NCBI GenBank assembly: GCA_963765675.1
Contig: CAVXXK010000001.1
Location: 2,336,001 to 2,400,000, forward strand
DNA length: 64,000 nucleotides
From: an uncultured delta proteobacterium
Lineage (GTDB): Bacteria > Desulfobacterota > Binatia > Binatales > Binataceae
Direction of reading: 5' to 3'
The notes beneath the pieces were generated by a model, which saw only the letters and a list, made by a program, of their open reading frames with translations, was not told where the DNA came from and did not search any database. The translations under genes were made by a program, and so were the position numbers. This document shows positions 1-8,464 of this stretch, piece after piece; positions within the stretch are counted from its first letter, which is position 1; the number at the start of each line of letters is the position of its first letter.

Positions 1-31
1 CGCGGTTACGGCAGCGTCGGGCGGTGCTGCG

Positions 32-1768
32 TCAGCGGTGCGATGCGGGTTCATTCGATTTCAAAATCGCGCGCTTGTGAAATTCGGCTCCAATCAGGGT
101 GTAATTGCCGAGTCGTCCGCGAAGCCGCTCGAAGTCGGGCGCGTCGAGCACGAGCACCTTTGCGCCGGGCGCGTCCCACAAGCGCATCAAGTCGGCGTCG
201 GACTTGAAAAAGTAATCCTTCTCGTCCGGCGCGAGCGCCGCCCCGAAGCCAAGCTCGGTTTTGGTTCCGACCAGTATCACGCGCCGCCTGGTATAAAACG
301 CCAGCGACTGGACATAGCGATGGTAGCAAATCAGCTCCGCGTCGGGCGCGCGCGCGGCGACCTCTCGCCCAAGGACTGCATACGATCGCAGCGGCTCGGC
401 CTCGATCCGCGCCCAGGTTCCCGCGACGAGCGCGAGCGCCGTCGTGATCACGATCGCACTGAGTCCCACGGCGTTGCGTCGCATGAAAAATGCCGCGGCG
501 GCAACCGCTCCGCCGGCGACGAGAATCGCGCCAATCGCATAGAGCGCCGGCTGAACGTAGATCGGATAAGGCGTGCGGAAAATGGGCGCGAGGACGGCGG
601 CGGCGATCACGCACGCTCCCAGTATCCCGAGCATCGGACCGCTCTCGACGAGTATCCGCGAATCGGGTGGACGCAACGCGCGCCGCGTGGAGTCCGAGCG
701 CTCGGGCCATGCGCAGGAGATCAGTCCATCGGCGATCAGGATTGCCAGCATCGGCACCGCGGGCAGGATGTATGGAATGAGCTTGGCGCTCGCGCACGAG
801 AACGCGCCGACGATCACGATCGCGCAGACGACGCAGAAGCGCCGAGCCGGATTTGGCGGTATCGCGCGCCAGACCAGGAACGGCACCAGCATCGACCATG
901 GCAACAGCCCGACCGCGAGCGCGGGCGCATAGAACCAGAACGGTTCGCCGTGGCTGTAGCTCGATTGAAAGATGCGCCGCAGATGCTCTCCGACGAAATA
1001 GAAATCGAAGTAGCCGGGGACCTTGACGATTATCGCGATAAACCAGGGCGCGGCGATTACCGCGATCAGAATCGCGCCCCAGATCGCGTGAAAGCGACGG
1101 AGCGCGCCGTGCCAGTCGCCTTGCCATGCGAGAAACGCGAGCATCGCGAGGACAGGCAGCGCAACCGCGACGGGTCCCTTGGTGAGCACGCCGAGCGCCA
1201 TCGCGAGCGACGCGATCCACCACCATTTTCCGAAGCCGCCGCGGGCCTCGCGCCAATGCAGGTACATCGCGAAGTTCGCGATCGTGACGAGCACCGCCAG
1301 GATCATGTCGGTCAGGAGGACTTGCGCCATCACGGCATATAGCGGCGTCGTCGCGAGGATTGCGCCCGAAAGGATCGCGTGGCGCCGGCCGAACGTGCGC
1401 AGCGCAAAATACGCGGTGGCGGCGACGCCGAGGACTGCGAACGTCGCGGGAAAAAATCGCGCGGCGAATTCGGTCGTGCCGAAAACGTGATACGAGAGCG
1501 CCGTCAGCCAGTAGAGCAGGGGCGGCTTCTCAACGTAGATGACGTAGTTGAGATGCGGCACCAGATAGCCGCCGCTAGTGATCATTTCGCGCGCGATCTC
1601 GGCGTAGCGCGCTTCGTCCGGCTCCCACAGCCCGTAGCGCCAAAGATTGAAGAAGCAGACGATAGCGGCGAGCGCGGTCGGCGCGGCTATCGCGATCGCG
1701 TTGTCCCGGCGCTCGTGCGTGAGGCCGTCGGAACGCGGCTCTGCGATCGATTCGAGAGTTTCAGACAC
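32..1768 (-). CDS. ArnT/PMT-family (GT-C fold) membrane glycosyltransferase, 4-amino-4-deoxy-L-arabinose transferase-like
   Basis: 578 aa with many TM helices; motifs WEPDEARYAEIAREM, EKPPLLYW, LTKGPVA, KLIPYILP typical of ArnT-like proteins. Confidence 0.85.
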   Translation of the reverse strand: MSETLESIAEPRSDGLTHERRDNAIAIAAPTALAAIVCFFNLWRYGLWEPDEARYAEIAREMITSGGYLVPHLNYVIYVEKPPLLYWLTALSYHVFGTTEFAARFFPATFAVLGVAATAYFALRTFGRRHAILSGAILATTPLYAVMAQVLLTDMILAVLVTIANFAMYLHWREARGGFGKWWWIASLAMALGVLTKGPVAVALPVLAMLAFLAWQGDWHGALRRFHAIWGAILIAVIAAPWFIAIIVKVPGYFDFYFVGEHLRRIFQSSYSHGEPFWFYAPALAVGLLPWSMLVPFLVWRAIPPNPARRFCVVCAIVIVGAFSCASAKLIPYILPAVPMLAILIADGLISCAWPERSDSTRRALRPPDSRILVESGPMLGILGACVIAAAVLAPIFRTPYPIYVQPALYAIGAILVAGGAVAAAAFFMRRNAVGLSAIVITTALALVAGTWARIEAEPLRSYAVLGREVAARAPDAELICYHRYVQSLAFYTRRRVILVGTKTELGFGAALAPDEKDYFFKSDADLMRLWDAPGAKVLVLDAPDFERLRGRLGNYTLIGAEFHKRAILKSNEPASHR

Positions 1769-2163
1769 GGGGTGAGAGTCTAACTGGCAGAAGCCTCGCG
1801 AGCGATGCTATCGCGGCGCGGAGAATTCCGCCCAAGGATTCGCCCGTCCGCACAAGAGCGGTTGCTCAACCAACAAAAAACGGTGGGTTCGTTTGGTAAA
1901 TTTTGATGTCGCGGCAGGTGGTGCCGACGAAAATTTAGCTTGAAATCATTGGAGTTTTTGCCGATGGATCGTGGCTTCGTTTGAGATTTCCGTCAAATTA
2001 CGTCCTGTGTTTCGCCACTCGATCGCCATTCGGTCACGGTCCGCTCCCCGCCCGCTCTCGCCCCTCCGTCCACTAGTAATCATATGCAATAATCATTTAG
2101 TTTACAAGGTGCACAGTTCCTCTCGACCGGTGAGCGGCTCGACTGAATGAAGTGACACAGGCT

Positions 2164-2871
2164 TCAGCCTTTGATGTCTGCCTTTCGGGTCCTTCCGGGC
2201 CGCGACCGCAGGGTGCCGTAGAAATTTCGGCCGCTCCAATTGACGCGCACGGGAAAGCCCTCGAACACGGCCGGAATGTCTCTTTCCAAGGTACTTTCAA
2301 AAATGCCACGACCGGAAATTCCAAGAGACAGTCCCACATCCAGTTCCGGAGGCGGGGTTATAAAGTTGACACTGACGCTCATGAAAACCCATCCTTGCTT
2401 CGCGAATAGGCTCCGCAGTCCTGGCGTCGCGACAAAATCGGTGAGCGCCTTTAGTGCCAACGAGATGTCTTGGTCTTTCGTTGGGCTCTCGGGTTTATCG
2501 CCACCCCCGAAAGCTACCTCAAATCCCTCGAAATTCTTGGGTAGCCAGCTCTTGGCAAGCTCAATAAAATGCCTGCCGGTACTATCCGAACCTGGCGGAA
2601 CAGCGACCAGGAATTTGAAATGCGGGGGAGAAACTTCTCTATCATAGACTACGCCAAGGCTCACCACAGCGCCGCTTGCAATTAGTTTCCTTAATGGGGG
2701 CTGATTCGAGAAGTCATACAGGGAGCTCGCCACTTCTGAGAAGGTGGCGGTTTCCGCTGCGAACGCCGACATCCCTGTGGCAGCTTGGAACGATGCCATC
2801 AGTACGACGACCGCCAAAGAAGCACTGATGCGTACGAATCCCAGCCTCATTGCTGGATTCCCGACTCCCAT
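2164..2871 (-). CDS. Secreted hypothetical protein with two copies of a domain homologous to the C-terminal domain of the upstream protease
   Basis: Signal-peptide-like N-terminus; repeats end in LPKNFEGFEV and IPAVFEGFPVRV; starts 12 nt after the protease stop. Confidence 0.65.
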   Translation of the reverse strand: MGVGNPAMRLGFVRISASLAVVVLMASFQAATGMSAFAAETATFSEVASSLYDFSNQPPLRKLIASGAVVSLGVVYDREVSPPHFKFLVAVPPGSDSTGRHFIELAKSWLPKNFEGFEVAFGGGDKPESPTKDQDISLALKALTDFVATPGLRSLFAKQGWVFMSVSVNFITPPPELDVGLSLGISGRGIFESTLERDIPAVFEGFPVRVNWSGRNFYGTLRSRPGRTRKADIKG

Positions 2872-2883
2872 CTCTGCCGTCGG

Positions 2884-4180
2884 CTAATTACCATAAGCGC
2901 CGCCGCTCGTGGTCAAATCGATGACGTCTGTTACACTGAATTCGACAGGAACGCCTTCAAACGAGGTGGGCAACAGGTCTTCGGCCATGGTTTTGTCGTC
3001 CACACCTTCGTAGGTGCTGTCGTTGGCCGTTACGTCAAGCGACGCCGGATTGGTGGAAAAGTCGATAGCGACGCCATCAATCACGCCATCATCCATCAAA
3101 ACGGGAATCCAGCCACCACTCAGGAAATCATTCCGCGCCAACATTGCAGTCAGGATGTCGGGGTCCGGCACTGTGCCGTCCTCACTTTCGGTCGTTCCGT
3201 CGTCGAGCGCCACATCGATCTGATTCGTCGCCGTGCATCCGCCGCCGCCCGGAACCACGACGAGGCTCGCGGACGAGCCCGCAGCCATCTGCAGGTAATT
3301 CAGCACGGCGCCGATCGGCGCAACATAAGTGACGTTGGAGGTCCCGCCGACGTCGATTCCTATCGGCTGCGGGCACAGGCCTTCCGTAAAGACTAGCGCG
3401 CCCGAGTCGCCCGGATGGTCAAATCCGGCTGGCGTCACGACGACATGCGGCCCGAACTTGACCTCGGTATAGCCACAGCTTGCCTTATCCCCCACAATTT
3501 TGCCATCGACGACAGTCGACTTGGTGTAGGTATGAGAACAGATACTGTAGTGGACCGTCTTCAAAATTTCTTTGTATTGCCCATGTGTAAGGCCGGTCCA
3601 CGCGCCCACCTTCTGAACCTTCGTCTTTCTTTTAAGTGACGAGATCGGCGTGCCGCTGAATACGCCAAAGCCTTCTATGGAGCTGCTGACCTGCCCGGGA
3701 AGGACCTTCGCAAGAGCGGCGTCGTAAGTGTTCAAAACCCCGCTGCTGAAGTTGATGGGAATAACCGTGCTTAGCGATGCTACTTGATAAGCCGTGATCT
3801 GAGCAGCAGTGGGTGGACACGTTGGAGTAGGATAAGCGGAAGGAAGGGGGTTAATAGACGCCGCGATCCCGAAATTAGGCTGGATGATCGGTTCAGGAAG
3901 AACCCGTAGAGAGATAGCCGGTGGGCGCCAATGCTAATACGTGCGCCGCGCCTAATATATATAGGCTCGTCCCGTCAGTCACCAACCCGCCGAGGGTGCC
4001 ATCCTCGAACAGGCAAACCCCTGTGTTTTGAGCGATGTTAACGAGACTATTTGCTCCGTCAACTCCCAGCGGGATAGGGCGCGAGTAAAGCTGCTGATTA
4101 CCCACGCCCGCGCCGTACGCAATCGAAGCGCCCGCGACTGCCAGAACCATTGCGAGGAGATATGATATCTTCCAAGTCAT
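2884..4180 (-). CDS. Secreted trypsin-like (Nal1-type) serine protease, split by a +1 frameshift near 3895-3901
   Basis: ORF 3893-4180 has a signal peptide and GTLGGLV...ILGAAHVL (catalytic His). The shifted frame continues EPIIQP...TYDAALA (Asp)...GDSGAL (Ser) without stops into ORF 2884-3735. Confidence 0.75.
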
Positions 4181-4266
4181 CGTGGCCCCCTTGAACGTCG
4201 CCGCGTTGAACCCTCAGCGCGGTCTTCCCTAATGGATCCACTGCTCTTGTGAACCCCAAGGGCGTA

Positions 4267-4296
4267 ACCGTACCCCCCCCCAGACGATATTGTCAA
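4267..4296 (-). promoter_or_regulatory. Sigma70-like promoter of the protease cassette with a G9 run in the spacer
   Basis: Minus strand TTGACA-atatcgtctGGGGGGGGG(18 nt)-TACGGT, about 90 nt upstream of the ATG at 4180. Confidence 0.5.
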
Positions 4297-4469
4297 CAGA
4301 AAGTGAGCGCCGCTTTGCGGCTGGTTATCGTCGGGTCGCGCGATTGCGAACCGCGATGCTCATGCATGGAGATAGGTCGAAGACGACCGTGGAATGTGCG
4401 CGGCGCGATGATGCCGCCGCTGCACTCCTTTAATCCTCGATGGCAGACAACAATGGGCAGCGTCAGCAA

Positions 4470-6179
4470 TCAATATCCTGCGGCCATGCCGCCTTTTCGA
4501 GGATCGCCTGCGCCTCGGAGGCTGCCGGGCGCGATCGTAATTGCGCCTACCGCGCCGAGCATCGGAACTACGCGGATTTTGTAGCCCATCTGCTCGAGGG
4601 CGGCGCGAGTCTCGGCTGGCATCTTTTCTTCTATGATCACCGTGGACGGTTCGGCCTGTTCGTGGATGCGCGCTTCTTCGACCGCGGCGCGGGGGCCCAA
4701 GTGGAAATCGATCACGTCCAGCAGGATTTGCAGCACGCCGGTGATTATCGTTGGTCCGCCGGAGCCGCCGACCGCGAGGATCGGCTTGCCGTTTTTCACG
4801 ACGATCGTCGGCGTCATCGAGGAGAGCGGCCGCTTGCCCGGCGCGATCTCGTTGGCCACGACGCCCTCGAGCCGGTATGCGTTGGGCACGTTGGGCGCGA
4901 CCGCGAAGTCGTCCATCTCATCGTTGAGGATGACGCCGCTCTTCGGCTCCATCAGCTTCGATCCGAAAACCGTGTTGATCGTCGTCGTCAGCACGACCAC
5001 GTTGCCCGCACTGTCGACCACCGCGAGGTTCGCCGTGCCATGATCGTGGGCCGCCGTGGGCGTGGGCTCGGGAGCGCCGTGATGCAACGCGCGGTCGCGC
5101 GCCTGATCGATATGCTGGGGCGAGAGGAGAGTCGCGATCGGAACCTTGACGAACGCCGGATCGCTGTATTGTTCGCGATCGATAAATCCCTGGCGCATCA
5201 CTTCGATGAGCCGCGCCAGATACGGCGGCGAGTTGACGCCGAGGCCGCCCAGATGCCCCGGCTCGAGCATCCCGAGCATCTCGAGCACCACGCCGCCCGA
5301 CGACGGCGGCGGCATCACGTAAACCTCGTCGCCCTGGTAGGCGCGATGCAGAGGCTCGCGCCAGACCGGCTTATAGGCGGCGAGATCGTCGGTCGAAATG
5401 ATTCCGCCGTGTGCGTCGATAAAGCTGGCCAGCTCGGCCGCGAAAGCGCCGTGGTAAAACTTGTCGGCGGGTTTGTCGCCGAGGGCTACGATCGTGTCGG
5501 CAAGTTTCTTCTCAAAAATCAGGTCGCCGGCTTTCGGCGCGGTGCCGTCAGCTTTGAGAAATACCGAAGCGAGACCGGGAGCCTGCGCGAGCTGCGGCGC
5601 CATCCGCGCGATCTCTCCTGCCAGATGCGGTCCGAGCGAAAAGCCGTCGCGCGCGAGGGTTACGGCGGGCGCGGCGACTTGCTGGAATTTCATCGTGCCG
5701 AACCGGGTCAGCGCGGCGTCGAGTCCGGCGATCTCGCCGGGCACCGCGATCGCGAGCGCTCCGTTGCGGGCGAGCTCCTCGTCAGGTTTGCCGTCGCGCA
5801 GGTACATCGTCGAGGTGGCCTTGAGCGGCGCGGTCTCGCGATAGTCAAGCGCGTAGAATTTTCCGGTGCTGGCCATATAGATCAACATGAAGCCGCCGCC
5901 GCCGATCCCGCATGAGGCTGAGTGCGTCACTCCGGTAGCGAGCGAGGCCGCTGCCGCCGCGTCGATCGCATTGCCACCCTGCTTGAGAATCTCTACTCCG
6001 GCGGCCGCAGCCTCGGGAGTCTCGGCCACGACCATCGCGTGCGCGCCCCTGACCGAAGTGTCGGTCGGAGAATCGGCGGCGACCGCGGTCGATACAAAAA
6101 CGATCAACGACAAGAAAAACGCGATAGCGGCGCGGCGAGCTCGTGCCGAACAGGGAGATTGAGCGCGAAAAAGCATCAC
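4470..6179 (-). CDS. ggt: Gamma-glutamyltransferase
   Basis: Signal peptide, GGNAIDAA, GIGGGGF, DYRETAP, LNDEMDDF, PGKRPLSSMTP, GGSGG; nucleophile Thr in HGTANL. Confidence 0.93.
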   Translation of the reverse strand: MMLFRAQSPCSARARRAAIAFFLSLIVFVSTAVAADSPTDTSVRGAHAMVVAETPEAAAAGVEILKQGGNAIDAAAAASLATGVTHSASCGIGGGGFMLIYMASTGKFYALDYRETAPLKATSTMYLRDGKPDEELARNGALAIAVPGEIAGLDAALTRFGTMKFQQVAAPAVTLARDGFSLGPHLAGEIARMAPQLAQAPGLASVFLKADGTAPKAGDLIFEKKLADTIVALGDKPADKFYHGAFAAELASFIDAHGGIISTDDLAAYKPVWREPLHRAYQGDEVYVMPPPSSGGVVLEMLGMLEPGHLGGLGVNSPPYLARLIEVMRQGFIDREQYSDPAFVKVPIATLLSPQHIDQARDRALHHGAPEPTPTAAHDHGTANLAVVDSAGNVVVLTTTINTVFGSKLMEPKSGVILNDEMDDFAVAPNVPNAYRLEGVVANEIAPGKRPLSSMTPTIVVKNGKPILAVGGSGGPTIITGVLQILLDVIDFHLGPRAAVEEARIHEQAEPSTVIIEEKMPAETRAALEQMGYKIRVVPMLGAVGAITIAPGSLRGAGDPRKGGMAAGY

Positions 6180-6285
6180 CGGTCTTTACTAACAGCCGCC
6201 GTCAGGAGAGGAAAGAACGTGGCGCGGTTAGATTTCGTGCCGCGATAGTGCTTTGATCGCAGAACTACCGCGCTGGAGGCCCACG

Positions 6286-7113
6286 ATGGAATTCGCAGAC
6301 ATCATTTACGAAAAATCGGATCGAATCGCGACGGTCACCTTCAATCGTCCCGCCAAGCTCAACTCATGGACCCCGAAGATGGGGGTCGAGACGCGCAGCG
6401 CCCTGATGGACGCCGAACGCGACCCGAACGTCGGCGCGATAATCATGACCGGCGCGGGACGCGCGTATTGCTCGGGCGCGGACATGGGCGCGCTGTCGGA
6501 AATATCCCAGGGGCGAGCGTCGGCAACCGGCGGAAACGCCGCGGCTGCGCAGGACGATTGGCTTGCTCAGCAGCGCGTCGACTACCGCAATCAGTATTCG
6601 TACTTGCTGGCGCTGAAGAAGCCGGTTATCGGCGCGATCAACGGCGCGTGCGTGGGGCTCGGCTTCACGACCTGTCTCTACCAGGACATCAGGATTGCGT
6701 CCGACACGGCGCGGATGGGATTGATCTTCGTGCAGCGCGGTCTTGCGATCGAGCACGGATCCTCGTGGATGCTGCCGCGGATCGTGGGACTCGCGCGCGC
6801 GGTCGAGATGGCGGTGACGGGGCGCCTGGTTGACGCGCAAGAGGCGCTCGCGATGGGTCTGGTAAATCGTGTGGTTCCCGCGGACAAGCTGATGGAAACC
6901 GCGCGCGAGGTCGCGGGGCATATCGCGAACAAGTGCTCGCCGCTCGGCGTCTCGCACGCCAAGAAGCTGGTGTACAAGCATCTGTTCACCGACCTTGCTA
7001 CCGCGATTCGCGACGACGACGAGTCGATGACCGCGATGACGCAATCCGACGATTTCAAGGAAGGCGTGAAGGCGTTTATGGAAAAGCGGCCGGCGAAGTA
7101 TCAGGGCAAATAA
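6286..7113 (+). CDS. Enoyl-CoA hydratase/isomerase (crotonase) family protein
   Basis: TFNRPAKLN, GRAYCSGAD, KPVIGAINGACVG, DFKEGVKAFMEKR; GGAGG RBS before ATG 6286. Confidence 0.9.
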   Translation: MEFADIIYEKSDRIATVTFNRPAKLNSWTPKMGVETRSALMDAERDPNVGAIIMTGAGRAYCSGADMGALSEISQGRASATGGNAAAAQDDWLAQQRVDYRNQYSYLLALKKPVIGAINGACVGLGFTTCLYQDIRIASDTARMGLIFVQRGLAIEHGSSWMLPRIVGLARAVEMAVTGRLVDAQEALAMGLVNRVVPADKLMETAREVAGHIANKCSPLGVSHAKKLVYKHLFTDLATAIRDDDESMTAMTQSDDFKEGVKAFMEKRPAKYQGK

Positions 7114-7165
7114 GGTACGGCAAAAGGGCGCGTGCCGGCGCGCCCTATTCTCTATTTCGCGATCC

Positions 7166-7654
7166 CTACTTGTCGAGCGGATGCTTGAATTTGCGGTCGG
7201 GGTGACGAATCGTCATGACCGGGACCGCCGACTTCTGGACCACACGCTCCGCGACACTGCCCATCAGGACGTGAGCGAGGCCGGTGCGGCCGTGGGTCCC
7301 GAGCACGATCAGGTCGGCATTCTCGGTCTGCGACGCGCGCAGGATTTCCAGGAACGGAGATCCTACCTTCAGCAGACTCTTGGCCTTGATCCCGTCGTCG
7401 CGCAGGCGTTGCACGATTTTGTCGAGCTCGCGCTGCGCGATGAGCCGCTGCTCCTCGGCGATCCTGCTCATGGCGCCCACGTCCATGGCCGGTCCCAGGT
7501 CGGGCGAAACCATCACCGGTGCGAGCGGCTGATCGACGTGCAGCACGACGATCTCGGCTCCGAACTTGCGCGCGATATCCTCGGCGTAGCTGAAGGCGAG
7601 CGAGGAATCTTCAGAAAAATCGGTTGCAGCAAGGACTTTCGAGATCGTGGGCAC
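7166..7654 (-). CDS. Universal stress protein (UspA family)
   Basis: KVLAATDFS...ADLIVLGTHGRTGLAHVLMGSVAERVV; start codon uncertain (GTG 7654). Confidence 0.9.
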   Translation of the reverse strand: MPTISKVLAATDFSEDSSLAFSYAEDIARKFGAEIVVLHVDQPLAPVMVSPDLGPAMDVGAMSRIAEEQRLIAQRELDKIVQRLRDDGIKAKSLLKVGSPFLEILRASQTENADLIVLGTHGRTGLAHVLMGSVAERVVQKSAVPVMTIRHPDRKFKHPLDK

Positions 7655-7817
7655 GACCGGGACGATAGCCCGCCGTATCGCGGCTGGCAAGCGCGCGCGA
7701 GTGAGCGCACACCGCTATGAGTGACTCATTCCAAGGCGTGCCTTCGCGGCTGGCGAGATTCCTCGCGATGTCTACCGCGCGCGACAATCTGCACGACACG
7801 CAGCGGGCGGTGGAGTC

Positions 7818-7863
7818 GCGCTCGGAATGACAACCCGCGCGGGGTTTGTGTCATTCCGAGCGC
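7818..7863. repeat. GTCATT-type palindromic repeat (perfect 15-bp inverted arms)
   Basis: gcgctcggaatgaca (7818-7832) / tgtcattccgagcgc (7849-7863). Confidence 0.7.
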
Positions 7864-8040
7864 ATGCGGGCAACGCCTGTCGCGTCGTGCGCATCAGGCC
7901 GCACGGCACTCGTCGCGAGGAATCTCGCCCTCGGCATTTGCACGTTTTCCCGAAGGGTGGCGCAATTGTTTCGAGATAGGGGCGACGGCCATCGCTCTTG
8001 CGTCTCGACCGCGGAGGCGTCGTGGCATTAGAATGAACGC

Positions 8041-8439
8041 GTGGCGGCACGTACTCCTAAATCCAAACCCACGCCGAGCGATCTTATCTTCGGCGATTTC
8101 GAGCGCGCGGTTGACGCGTTCTTCGATGAGATGCTGGTCGATCGATGGAAGTGCGGGACCGCGTCCGGATTCGAGAGCGCCGTGCTTTCCGATCTTCCCG
8201 ACCGCTACGAGATCCGCCTCGCGTCGCGCGGAGTCGATCCGAAATCGATCGAGGTCGAGAGCCGGGGCCAGCGCCTGACCGTGCGCGCGGGCGCGGCGGA
8301 ATTCGGACGCCTCGAGAGTATCTTCACTTTGGCGGAGACGGTGGAGTCCGATTCGGCCTCGGCCACCTGGTCGCGCGGCGTTTTGACGGTCGTCGTCCCC
8401 AAACACAAAGCCCGAAAAATCGCGCTCAAGGCGGATTGA
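8041..8439 (+). CDS. Hsp20/alpha-crystallin small heat shock protein
   Basis: YEIRLASRGVDPKSIEVE...FGRLESIFTLAETV...ATWSRGVLTVVVPK. Confidence 0.75.
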   Translation: MAARTPKSKPTPSDLIFGDFERAVDAFFDEMLVDRWKCGTASGFESAVLSDLPDRYEIRLASRGVDPKSIEVESRGQRLTVRAGAAEFGRLESIFTLAETVESDSASATWSRGVLTVVVPKHKARKIALKAD

Positions 8440-8464
8440 ATCCCGCCTGTTTGCCGGAGCCCGC

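Noticed and set aside
3893-3895. TGA in the protease gene as selenocysteine or readthrough
   Set aside because: The same frame hits TAA after five more codons; homology continues in the +1 frame instead
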